Assembly: GCA_963755915.1 (NCBI GenBank)
Contig: CAVWLP010000002.1
Coordinates: 416,001 to 480,000 of the forward strand
Direction: 5' to 3'
Source: an uncultured Phycisphaerales bacterium
Lineage (GTDB): Bacteria; Planctomycetota; Phycisphaerae; Tepidisphaerales; Tepidisphaeraceae
Length of the DNA stretch: 64,000 nucleotides
The position numbers and the translations under genes were made by a program. The notes beneath the pieces were generated by a model. That model saw nothing but the letters and a program-made list of their open reading frames with translations. It was not told where the DNA came from and did not search any database. This document shows, one piece after another, positions 1 through 10,615 of this stretch; position 1 is the stretch's first letter; each line of letters begins with the position of its first letter.

Positions 1-1
1 G

Positions 2-649
2 TTCGCGCAGGGACCGGCCAACGCCGGGCCGCTGGGAACCGATGTCGCCAATCCGGACGTGACCCTCACCGACGTGGTGTTTGATTCCAACACGATCAAC
101 AACACCACGCTGCTGATCACCGCCGGCGCCGAAGACGTCATGATTGAGAACAACGTGATCAACGCCAACGGCGATTCGGGCATCACCATCAACGCCCAGG
201 AAATCGGCGGCGGGTTCAACTGGACGGTGACCAACGTCTGGATCCTGAACAACACCGTGACCGAGCCCGGCCAGTACGGCGGCTTCCTGGCGATCAACGA
301 CGGCGAGGCCTCCAACATCGTCATGGATTACAACGTGTTCGACGATCCGAATTTCCAGATCAGCTCAGGTCAGGCATTCGTGACCATCGACGAGAACGAC
401 ATGAACAGCTTCAGCCAGGTGCTGGATAACGTCTGGTCGACGCCGGCGTGGATCTCGCCCTGGGTCAACGGCGGAATGTTCTTCGTGTCGTCGGATATCA
501 GCTCGCAGGTGGGCTGGCTGACGCCCGCGGAATGGGAAGCCTCCGGCGTGGCGAGCGGAGACGTGATCATGAACATCAACCTGGGCTCGACTTATCAAGT
601 GCAGGTGGATGGGTTCACGGCTGGATCAAGCTTGTCGAATGCGTCGTAA
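2..649 (+). CDS. C-terminal part (5'-truncated by window edge) of a secreted right-handed beta-helix protein; paralog of 5014..7442
   Basis: Frame 2 reads FAQGPANAGPLGTDVANPDVTLTDVVFDSN... and aligns throughout with FADGPANAGPLGTSVANPDVTLTNVVFDSN... of the 6324..7442 ORF; Asn/Ile/Val-rich repeats. Confidence 0.8.
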   Translation, partial: FAQGPANAGPLGTDVANPDVTLTDVVFDSNTINNTTLLITAGAEDVMIENNVINANGDSGITINAQEIGGGFNWTVTNVWILNNTVTEPGQYGGFLAINDGEASNIVMDYNVFDDPNFQISSGQAFVTIDENDMNSFSQVLDNVWSTPAWISPWVNGGMFFVSSDISSQVGWLTPAEWEASGVASGDVIMNINLGSTYQVQVDGFTAGSSLSNAS

Positions 650-907
650 CACGGTTGCCACGCCGATTATCGCCTCTCCCGGTCAGCGCGAACGCGCTTC
701 TCCGGGAGAGGGTTCGGTTGACGGCATTTGAAACCGCTCTAAGACGCGATGGATCTCGATCGCTGCAGACCCTCACCACAACAACTCACTTGGAGGACCT
801 GACGGCGTGACACTTTTCTAATGCGTTGGCCACGGGGCGCTCGCTTAAAGACAAAATTCAAACGCAATGCAGAAGGGGCGAGGGGGAACCCATATAAGGC
901 CCCAAAA

Positions 908-1139
908 GTTTCTCCCTCGCCCCTCCCGCACCCTCCCCACTCCCCTTCCTTTTCCCCTCAACGCTCCCCCCAAACAAAAAATGCGTGCGCGGCGGCCCAT
1001 CCGCAATGGTGTGCCCCAACGCCAGCGTAGATCAGGTGTGCGGATCACTTGCGAAGCACGTTCGCATCTCGCCTTTCGGCGTGGACAGCCAGGGGAAGCG
1101 AAAGAGGGTGGAGGGGGTGCGGGGGAGGCGGGAGAAAAC
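908..1139. repeat. About 230-bp intergenic element bounded by ~50-bp imperfect inverted repeats (MITE-like or long hairpin)
   Basis: Left arm gtttctccctcgcccctcccgcaccctccccactccccttccttttcccct versus reverse complement of right arm gttttctcccgcctcccccgcaccccctccaccctctttcgcttcccct. Confidence 0.55.
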
Positions 1140-1141
1140 AT

Positions 1142-1924
1142 TCAACGCACTGCCACGGCATCACGCCGCGGCTTGCCTTCGGCGGCGTCGGACATTTTGA
1201 TCACGGCGTCTTCCATGCCCTCGGGCTTCGTTTCCAGCTTGCGGAGAAATTCGTCGAGGGGCAGCCAGTCGGGGAAAATCCAGCCGGCGTGATGCTGGGA
1301 TGCGGTGTTGGCGCCGACGATCTGACCGATCGTCGAGAGCCGGTGCAGAACCTCCCGCGCCCAGCGCAGGATGCCGGGATGAATTTCAAAGTCGATGACG
1401 GGGATCGGCTGGGTGAGACCCTGGAAGACTTCAACTTCGTATCCCTCAACGTCGACCTTGCAGAGCCGCGGGCGGCCGTATTGATGGATCAGCTCATCGA
1501 GCGTCGTCAATTCCACGGTCTGCGAGCTGGTGTTCTCGAAAGGCCAATCGGCGAGGATGCTGGCGGTGGAATCGGTTCCGTGAAAATTCAACACGGCCGA
1601 TCCGGTCGCTGCTCCGACGGCCTTTCGGACGAGGGTGACGCGCGGATTTCGGCCGAATTGCCAATTCAGGACGGGGAAACAGAGCGGATTGGGTTCGACG
1701 GCGATAATGCGGGCGCCGAGGTCGAGCAGGGCTTCGGTGGTCTGGCCGACGTTTGCGCCGATGTCGAAGCAGAGGTCGTTTGGCTTGACGAATTGGGCGT
1801 AGAAGCGTTTCAGTGCGGCGCGTTCCTGCCGTAGGGCGGGGTTGAAGCGGCGGTAGATGTGCCGGGCCAGCGGGTAGATGCCGCTTTTCTTGACGATCGA
1901 TTTTAGGGCGGTTTCGGTGGACAT
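1142..1924 (-). CDS. FkbM family SAM-dependent methyltransferase
   Basis: C-terminal part of the 1142..3322 ORF, from MSTETALK; motifs FDIGANVG, AVEPNP, KVDVEGYE. Confidence 0.9.
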   Translation of the reverse strand: MSTETALKSIVKKSGIYPLARHIYRRFNPALRQERAALKRFYAQFVKPNDLCFDIGANVGQTTEALLDLGARIIAVEPNPLCFPVLNWQFGRNPRVTLVRKAVGAATGSAVLNFHGTDSTASILADWPFENTSSQTVELTTLDELIHQYGRPRLCKVDVEGYEVEVFQGLTQPIPVIDFEIHPGILRWAREVLHRLSTIGQIVGANTASQHHAGWIFPDWLPLDEFLRKLETKPEGMEDAVIKMSDAAEGKPRRDAVAVR

Positions 1925-2152
1925 TTTTCGCAAGGATACGTGGCAGATCGAACCGGACGCCGATTGTGCGCAAATCGAGCGCGATTGCCGTTGCATATCG
2001 GCAATTCGGCTATAACGGCTGAAATTGGCGATCGCGGCATGGCTGAAGTGTCGCGGCATTTTTTGGCATTCCTGGATCGGTCTTAGCCCGATAACGTTCG
2101 ACATGAATTCGGATGCAGGCGATGATTTGGGTGGACGAAGAAGGAATCGCCC

Positions 2153-3612
2153 TTGCTGTTTAATTCCACGAGCTATCTGATTTTTCTGACGGTGGTGGTG
2201 CTGGTCTATCACCAGTTGCCGCCGCGGGGAAAGCGATGGGTGATCCTCGTCGCCAGCTACATATTTTATGCATCGTGGAAATGGCAGTTTCTGGGGCTCC
2301 TGGTCGCATCGACGCTGGCAAATTATTTTTTTGGATTGCTGATTGGCGAGGCGGCGCATTCCCATCACGAGATTTATCCTGCCGGTTCGCGGCCGCCGAC
2401 GCACAAAAATCAGGTTCTGGATTATGAAGAGCGCGCCAGGCCCCGGCGGAAATTCTGGCTGATCGTGGCGCTGGTTTGCAACCTGGCAGTGCTGTCCCTT
2501 TTCAAATATGCCGGATTTCTTTCGGACACGAGCTATGGGCTGCTGGGGCATCGCGTCATCCCCTCGCTGAACTGGATTTTGCCGCTGGGGATCTCGTTTT
2601 ATACGTTTGAAGTGATCAGCTATGCAGTGGATGTTTATCAGGGAATCACCACGCCGATCCGTTCGCCGATGGACATGGCGCTGTATGTCTGCTTTTTCCC
2701 GCACCTGATCGCGGGGCCGATCATTCGCTCGGAAGATCTGGTGCCGCAGCTTTCGGCGGATCAGCCGTTTTCCTGGGGGAATATTCAGACGGGAATCGCG
2801 CGGTTTGTGTGGGGGATGATCAAGAAAGTCTATATCGCGGACGTGATGGCGAGCCTGGTGAACGAAGTGTACGGCGCGCCGGCATCTTATTCCGGCGGTG
2901 GGCTGCTGCTGGCGACGTACGCCTTCGCGGTGGAGATTTACTGCGATTTCTCGGCGTATACGGATATGGCGATCGGCTCGGCGCTGATGCTGGGGATCCG
3001 GTTGCCGGAGAATTTCGATTCGCCTTATCTTTCGTGCAGCATCCGGGAATTCTGGCGGCGATGGCATATCAGCCTTTCGACCTGGCTGCGGGATTACCTG
3101 TATATCCCGCTGGGCGGCAGCCGGCGGGGAAAGGTTCGCACCTATGTGAACCTGCTGCTGACGATGCTCCTGGGCGGGCTTTGGCACGGGGCGGCCTGGA
3201 CGTTCGTGGTGTGGGGAGGACTCCACGGCGCGGTGATGAGCCTGGAGAGATTCTTCAACGTCAGCGAGAAGCCGCCGGAATCGATTCCGTGGCGACTGGT
3301 GCGATGGATCGTGGCATTTCATATCATCTGCGCCTCGTGGGTACTCTTCCGCGCCGAAGTTTCGGAATGGCGCTACTGATTTTCCGCCGGATTATTACAG
3401 CCGCGCCCGGGCAATTGACCGTTGATTATCGGCCCGCGTTTTATCTGCTGGCGCTGATTGCCGCGGAGCTTCTGGCGGTGCGAAAGTGGTGGATTTCGGT
3501 CATGAACGATCGGCCGGCACTGGCGCGGTGGGCGGCTTATGGAGCCGCGACGGTCTTCATCCTGACGTTCAACCGGGCGTCGAATCCAGAATTCATCTAC
3601 TTTCAGTTTTGA
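2153..3612 (+). CDS. MBOAT family O-acyltransferase (AlgI/DltB-like), frameshift near 3360
   Basis: MLFNS start, LPLGISFYTF, FFPHLIAGPI, DFSAYTDMAIG, FWRRWHISLSTWLRDYLYIPLGG, GLWHGA; C-terminal FIYFQF lies in another frame (ORF 2809..3612). Confidence 0.92.
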
Positions 3613-3614
3613 CG

Positions 3615-4799
3615 ATGTCGAGCCAGACTGTTTCAATCTCGCCGCACATGGAACCGGAAGAACCGACCGATCCGCCTGTGACCACGCCCTGCCGAGGATG
3701 TGCGCGGGTGATGCGGAAAGTCGGCCGGGATCTGCTCATTATTATTCTGATTCTCGTGGCCGCGGAAATCGTTTTGCGGTTTGTGGGTCCGGAATATGAG
3801 CGGAATCTTTACGATCACGATTACACCGGCTCGCAGCTTGTCGATTTGAACGCCGAGGGATATCGCGGCCCGGCGGTTCCGCTGGCGAAAGAGCCAGGGG
3901 AATTTCGCATCGTTTGCCTGGGGGATTCGACGACGTTTGGCACCGGCGTGGGGTCCGGGGACACCTGGCCGGCTCAGCTTGGCGATCTGCTGCGGCAGAA
4001 GACCTCGCGGCCGGTTTCGGCGATGAACGTGGCGTTTGAGGGGGCGAGCCTTCGCACGCTCGATCTGGCGTATCGCAACCAGTGGGCGGCATATAAGCCA
4101 GACGTGGTGGCGCTGCTGGTGAGCGGGAACATGATTTCGCTTTCGTGGATGCAGCGAAATAGCGAAGCCGAGCAGCCGCGGTATGGACGGTCGCCGGTGC
4201 ATGAGACGACCGTCGAGCATTATGAGACCGAATTGAACCGCGCGTTTCACAAGCTGCGCCTGCCGGCCTTTCTGTCGCTCAATACCCAGCGGGGACTTTA
4301 TTGGCTGGGGGTGTTGAATCACAACATTTCGCCTCAGACGCCAACCGGGGCAATGCTGGCGCACGGCTGGCGGGAGGGTGGGCTCGATCCGGCGGAAGCC
4401 CAGGAGGCGTGGAAGGTTTTTGCCCGCGATCTGACGCTGTTTCGCGACGATGTGGCCGTCCATGGGGCGGTGCTGGTGGTGGAATATGTGCCAACGCGAT
4501 TTGACATTTCCGATACGACTTTTGACAACGAAAAAAATGTCCCGCGCGACCGGCTGACGATCGATCCTGACCGCCGATTTGCGGATTTGTGCGCCAAGCT
4601 CGACATTCCCCGCGCGGATGGGCTGGGTGCGATCCGGCAGCGCCGGGCGGAAATAGAGGCGGTCGAAGGGCGCCATGCATCTATGTATATTCCTTTTGAT
4701 TACGCCCATCTCGATCACGACGGCCACTTCGCGGTGGCCCGGGCCCTGGCCGATTATCTCGGCAAATCCGGGCCGTTTTTATCCGACACGTCCAGATAA
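3615..4799 (+). CDS. SGNH/GDSL hydrolase family protein with N-terminal membrane anchor (acetyltransferase partner of MBOAT)
   Basis: TM segment LLIIILILVAAEIVLR, block I CLGDSTTFG, C-terminal DYAH (DxxH); starts just after the MBOAT stop. Confidence 0.85.
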   Translation: MSSQTVSISPHMEPEEPTDPPVTTPCRGCARVMRKVGRDLLIIILILVAAEIVLRFVGPEYERNLYDHDYTGSQLVDLNAEGYRGPAVPLAKEPGEFRIVCLGDSTTFGTGVGSGDTWPAQLGDLLRQKTSRPVSAMNVAFEGASLRTLDLAYRNQWAAYKPDVVALLVSGNMISLSWMQRNSEAEQPRYGRSPVHETTVEHYETELNRAFHKLRLPAFLSLNTQRGLYWLGVLNHNISPQTPTGAMLAHGWREGGLDPAEAQEAWKVFARDLTLFRDDVAVHGAVLVVEYVPTRFDISDTTFDNEKNVPRDRLTIDPDRRFADLCAKLDIPRADGLGAIRQRRAEIEAVEGRHASMYIPFDYAHLDHDGHFAVARALADYLGKSGPFLSDTSR

Positions 4800-5013
4800 A
4801 TCCGCGAAATTTGCTTCCGGGGAAATCAAATCGTATCTAGAACGAGCCTGATTCTTCGGGAACAATTCCCGACTTCATTCCTGAAGCCGCTACCTGTGAA
4901 AATGCGCGGGTCGCATCGCATCGACGGATTAGCGCGGCGCTGCCGCTACAGAAACTTTTTTTATCTCGGTAAAGTCGCCTGAGTGCTTCGCAACGGTTCC
5001 CGATGCGAATCAC

Positions 5014-7442
5014 ATGAAGAAGTACAACCGCAAGTCGTCCCGTCAGGGTCTTGAAGGTCTGGAAAATCGGCAGCTCTTGTCGGCGTGCCTGCTCAACGGT
5101 TCCTCGTTCGAGCTGCACGGCGATGCCAACCAATCCAACACCTTCGTCATTCGCAACGCCTCCAGCAACCGCGTTATCGGCTACGCGAATAACTTTGGCG
5201 AAGTCGTTTCCAGTAACCAGGTTCAGCAGGTCGTCGTTTATCTTGGGAAAGAGGACGACACGGTGACGGTTGCCGGCGGTGTGAATACCCCCGTCGAGGT
5301 GATCTCCTGCGATGGGCAGACCACCTGGATGAAAGCGGGCCAGACGCAGACTTTCCACGGAAACACCAGTGGCGGGACGACCGGCGGGACGACAAGCACA
5401 GGCAAAAAGAAGGACGTTCTGCCGTCGGGCTCGAGCACGAGCGGGTCGTCGAGCTCCGGCTCTTCCAGCTCGGGTACCGGATCGACCGGGTCCTCCACCA
5501 GCGGAAGCTCCAGCAGCGGAACATCCCAAAACGGCTCATCCAGCAGCGGATCTTCCAGCAGCAGCTCCACCGGAAGCGGTTCGTCGCAATCGACCTCTTC
5601 CAGCTCCGGCAGCAGCGCTTCGGGTTCTTCGAACAGCGGCTCCAGCAGCAGCGGAACCTCAAACAGCGGCTCATCGAGCAGCGGAAGCAGCACGTCCAAT
5701 TCCGGCAGCAGCACTTCCGGCAGCGGCAGCACCACGTCGGGGAGCAATAACAACAGCAACGGCCCCACGCCGACTCCCACGCCGCCGTCTTCATCGACGC
5801 CGGATGCAGTGATCACGCTTTCAACCACCGGCACGGTTCTGCCGCTGGAAACCGTCAACGTGGAATCCACGAATTCAACCTTCGGCGACGGCACGCTGCT
5901 CAACAGCAAGATCACCTGGAACTTCGGTGACACGAACTCGGCCTACAACAACAACATCGTGGGCTTCAGCGCCGCGCATGCCTATGCGAACGCCGGGACG
6001 TACACGATCACGATGACCATTATCACGCCCGACGGGCAGGTCTCGGTCGCGACGCAGCAGGTGACGATCTCTCCCGATACCCGGCAGACGATCTACGTCT
6101 CCACCAGCGGCAACGATGCGAACAACGGCCTCTCCGCCAGTGACCCGATTCAAAGCCTGGCGCGCCTCCAGCAGCTTTTGACGAGCAACACCCGGGTCCT
6201 CTTCCAGGCCGGAGACACCTGGACTCTCTCGACGACCAGCGAGATCAGCCTCGGCGAACTTTCGCACGTCTATCTCGGGTCGTACGGAACCGGGCGCAGC
6301 CGACCCTCTATTACGATGGCCCGGTGGGCGGCGGGTCGTTCATCGGGTTCGACAACAATTCGTCGAACATTGTCATTCAGGGCCTGACGTTCGACTCCAT
6401 CTATACCAACAACGACAACAAGCAGGCCATCCCGATGGCGCTGATCCCGACCGGCACCAACATCTCGATCCTCGACAACACGTTCCTGAACGTCGGCGAG
6501 GACGTGAACTTGCAGCTCGCGCCCACCAACGTGCTGGTGCAGGACAATACTTCGCCGAATCCGACGGCGCTCAGCGGCTATTTCGGCTGGGTGGCCGGCC
6601 AGAACATCACGTTCCTCGGCAACACCGTGGCCGCTTCAACCGGCGAGGCGATCATGCGCGTCGCCGGTGTCACCGACCTGGAGCTGGCGTACAACAACTT
6701 CACCAACCCCCCGGAAACCGCCGGTGGCGTTAATGTATCGAAGAACACGCTTTCGACGCAGGTGGGCACGGATGTCTACATTTACAAGAACACCTTCGCC
6801 GACGGCCCCGCCAACGCCGGGCCGCTGGGAACTTCCGTGGCCAATCCGGACGTCACCCTCACCAACGTCGTTTTCGACTCCAACGTGGTGAACGGAACGA
6901 CGATCCTGCTGACGGCGGGCGTCAACGACGTCATGGTCGAAAACAACGTGGTCAACGGCGACAACGGCGCCGGCATCACCATCGACGCCCAGGAAGTCGG
7001 CGGCGGGTTCAACTGGACCGTCACCAACGTCTGGATCGAGCACAACACCGTCACCGAACCGGGACAGTACGGCGGGTTCCTGTATATCAACGATGGACAG
7101 GCATCCAACGTCACCGTCGATTACAACGTGTTCGTCGACCCGAATTACCAGGTCGGCAACGGGCAGGCCTACATCAGCGTCGACGAGAACAACCTCGACA
7201 GTTTCGCGCAGATCAAGGACAACGTCTGGGGCACCCCGGCCTCGATTTCGTCCTGGAACAACGGCGGTATTTTCTTCGTCGGCACCGACCTCAGTTCGCA
7301 GGCGTCCTGGGAGACCATCCAGGAATTCGAATCCACGGGCGTGGCATCCGGCGATGTCATGGAGACAGTCAACCTCGGCAACACCTACAGCGTGACCGCC
7401 GACGGATTCACCGCCGGATCCAACCTGCCGAACAATTCGTAA
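5014..7442 (+). CDS. Secreted planctomycete protein: LEGLENRQLLS N-motif, Ser/Gly-rich linker, PKD domain, right-handed beta-helix; frameshift near 6300
   Basis: PKD signature ITWNFGD...HAYANAGTYTITMTI; IYVSTSGNDANNGLS...P motif typical of beta-helix enzymes; ORFs 5014..6387 and 6324..7442 overlap. Confidence 0.8.
5362..5805 (+). repeat. Low-complexity Ser/Gly/Thr linker (SSSG-type units) ending in PTPTPTPP
   Basis: Visible in translation and in agc/tcc-rich DNA. Confidence 0.85.
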
Positions 7443-7472
7443 CCGCCAATCAGGTCTGTGCCCTCAGTCCCG

Positions 7473-7507
7473 ACAGGGCGCCGAAAAGGCGCCCCTGTTC
7501 ATTTTTC
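7473..7507 (+). terminator. Probable intrinsic terminator
   Basis: Stem gggcgcc-gaaaa-ggcgccc followed by ctgttcattttt, ~30 bp after the stop. Confidence 0.6.
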
Positions 7508-7537
7508 ATGGCTTTACCTATAAGGTGAATCGGAGAA

Positions 7538-9098
7538 ATGGTTGCGAGTTACCAGTTGCGAGTTGCGAGTCCGTTACGTTCACACCGATCCCGCTTTCGC
7601 AGTGATTTGATCTTCTGGATCGTTTTTCTCGCCGGCTTTCTCCTTCGTCTGCGCAGATATCTCCAGGACCGCGGGCTGATGCATGATGATGCGCAGCTAG
7701 CCTCAAATATCTTTTCCCGCTCCTTTTCGCAGCTTCTGCGGCCCCTGAATATCGGCGATCAGGCCGCGCCGGTCGGATTTCTCGAATTACAGAAAACGTC
7801 CACAACGATTTTCGGCCACGGCGAGCTGGCGCTGCGGCTGGTGCCGTTTCTCGCATCCGTCATTGTCCTGCCGATATTTTTTATCGCCGTGCGCAGGCTC
7901 TCATCGCAGGCCATCGCACTGATGGCCCTGGGATGGATGGCCCTGGCTGAGCCGCTGGTGCGATATTCGTCGGAGGCGAAGCAGTATTCGACGGATGTTT
8001 TGTGGGCGACGGTAATGCTTGCGCTGGCGGCCAATGCCGATGCCGTCGGGGCCACTGCAATTTTGACGGCGGTCGGCGCGGTCCTTCTGTGGTTCAGCCA
8101 CCCACTTCTGTTCGTGCTTGGGGGAATCAGCATAACGCTGCTGGTTCAATCCCTCCGCGCCGGCAAATTTAAGCGCGGGGAGGGTAACAATCATGGGCAC
8201 AATCTGGCTCGCCAGTTTCGCCGCGAATTATCTGCTGATTTCCCGCTACTACGTTTCCAACAACTTTCTGCTCGCCTACTGGCAAGACCAGAAAGCGTTC
8301 GCTCCCCTGCCGCGATCGTGGGATACGCTGCTCTGGTATCCGCGAACGGTCATCGACCTGTTCCACTATCCTTTGGGCATTTTCCCCAGCGGCGTATCCA
8401 CTGGCCTGGCGTATGTCATCGCCGGGCACGTGATCGAAATCACCGCGGTGGCGATGCTTCTGGCAGGTATCGGAGTTCTGGCCCGACGATCTCCGCGGGC
8501 CCTGGGATTTGTGATTTTCACGCTGGCCCTCACGCTCGCCGCATCAGGCCTTCAGCGTTATCCGTTCGCCGAACGGCTGACGCTCTTCTTCGCCCCGCTG
8601 ATGATCCTGCCCCTGGCTTTCGCAGCGGGATCGCTCGAGCCAAAGTTCACGATTGTCCCCTGCGCGATTCTCTTTCTGTACCCCGTTTACATCGAAACCA
8701 AATACCTGGTTCACCCCGAAATCCGCTACGACGCCAGGCCGGCGATCGATTACGTGAAAGCCAACTGGGAGCCGGGGGATACGATTTACCTGCACTGGGG
8801 CTCAGACGTTCTGGGGAATTATTATCTATCCGCGGTCCCGCAATTGAACCCGCCGGCCGAAGATCTCATCGACGGTGCGTTCGATCCAAACGTGAAAACC
8901 CGCCCGCAAACGCTGGCCGACGATTTGCTTAAAGTCCAGGGCCGCCCGCGCGTCTGGGTCGTCTTCTCCATGGGCGCGGCAGGCGACGAGCAAGCCATCG
9001 AGCAGACCCTCGACCAGCGCGGAAAGCGAATCGATCACGAAGACTTCAGGGGAAGTTCAGTCGACCTGTACAACCTTCAGCCCGCTCAGCGCAACTGA
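7538..9098 (+). CDS. GT-C fold membrane glycosyltransferase (family 39/ArnT-PMT-like), frameshift near 8170
   Basis: GLMHDDAQLA, DQAAPVGFL, GELALRLVP, YSSEAKQYS, YPFAERL; many TM helices; split over ORFs 7538..8932 and 8193..9098. Confidence 0.8.
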
Positions 9099-10614
9099 TA
9101 GCAGGCGATGTAATCCTGGAACGGCTTGTCCTCGATCACCTTCGTCCCCATCGAATCGAGCACGGTTTTGGCCCACTGCTCCTGGTCCGGATAGTCCTCG
9201 AAGATGATCCAGACGCGTTTGCCCTTGGCCATCGGGACAATCTGCGCCCGCATCTGGTCAACATTATCGATGGATTGAAGCAGGCACGTCACCGGGATGT
9301 TCTGGATTCCCAGCCGATCTTTGTAATATTCGTACGGATACCAGATGTATTCGAAAATGCAGAGCGAATCGCCCGGCTGCTGATTCCTGGCGACCATCGT
9401 CAGCATTTTACGCGCGTCGGTGTGCATCCACGGCCGTTTCGCATATTCGCGCGTCTTATTCACCGGCGTGATCAGCAGAAAGATCAGCACGATAATGCCC
9501 ACCGGTTTGCGCTGGCCGATGAAGAGATATTCCATCCCCGCTCCCAGGACAATCGCCAGCAGCGGGCAGATGAAAAGAATCAGCCGCTCCATGAACGGAT
9601 ATTTGTGGAAGCCGGAAGCGATCAAGGTAAGAATCACCGGCAGAATCACGCCCACGGCGACCGCTTTGTTCTTGCGCCACAGCTCGCCGATTCCCAGCAG
9701 GAACACCAGCGCGCACACCCCTCCGAAGCCCATCGACAGCGGGCTTTCAAATATCTGGAAAAACGTGTCCTTGTACCACAAGATCGCATCCAGCGATTTT
9801 GGAACCGGCGCAAACGCCCCCGCCTCGCCCCAGAACGTCTGCATGTAGGTGCTGTGGCTGAGCCTCCGCAGGATGAAAAAGTAGTTGGCGCCGAAGCTGA
9901 CGGCCCACGCCGCGAACGAAATCAGCAGCGGCCGCGGATCAGGGCGCGGCTGCGTTGCCGTCCACTGCATCGCAATCATCGCGCCCACGCCCGCGAGTAC
10001 GAACACCGCCGAATGCGAAAACCAGATCGAAATCGTGCCAACGATCCCCACTGCAATCGCCCATCGCCGCGACTTTAGCGCATATGTCCCCAGCAGCACG
10101 AGCACAACCGTCACCAGCACATCCATCGAATACTGCTTGGTGGCAGCGCCATAATCATATTGCTTGGCCCCCATCGCCAGCACCACCAGCGCAAAGGCCG
10201 TCCCGCCAGGATTCAGAAACCTGCGGCAAAGCCAGTAGAAAATGGCAGCGAAAGGATCGAAGCGATCAGAGGCACCAGGCGCAGCGAATATTCGCTGTTG
10301 CCCATGATCGTGACGACCAGCTTTTCCAGCGTGAGAAATCCCGTCGGCGCGCCCTGATCGTTACTCAACGGTTTGAAGAGGCCCGCGAAAGAGCGATTGA
10401 CGATGTTCAGTGCCAATGCCGCCTCATCGCGATACATTGAGCGGTTATAGACGTAAAACCAGATCCGCATCGCGATGCCGATGCCGATGACTACCAGGGC
10501 CAGGATTGTCCACGCCACCGCCGCGCGCGAAATCCCCGCTTTGGGGCTGGCCTCCTGAATTTGGGCAACGGGGGCTTCCTTAGTCAATCCAAACCTCCAT
10601 ATATCATCGGACAA
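9086..10614 (-). CDS. GT-C fold membrane glycosyltransferase (family 39-like), paralog of 7538..9098; frameshift near 10200
   Basis: SMYRDEAALA, DQGAPTGFL, SEYSLRLVP, KQYS, YPFMERL; ORFs 10213..10614 and 9086..10186. Confidence 0.8.
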
Positions 10615-10615
10615 T

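Noticed and set aside
1142..3322. 726-aa minus-strand ORF and other long antisense ORFs (e.g. 10619..12610, 23225..24643)
   Set aside because: Shadow frames of GC-rich genes; only the last 260 aa of this ORF (FkbM) is credible
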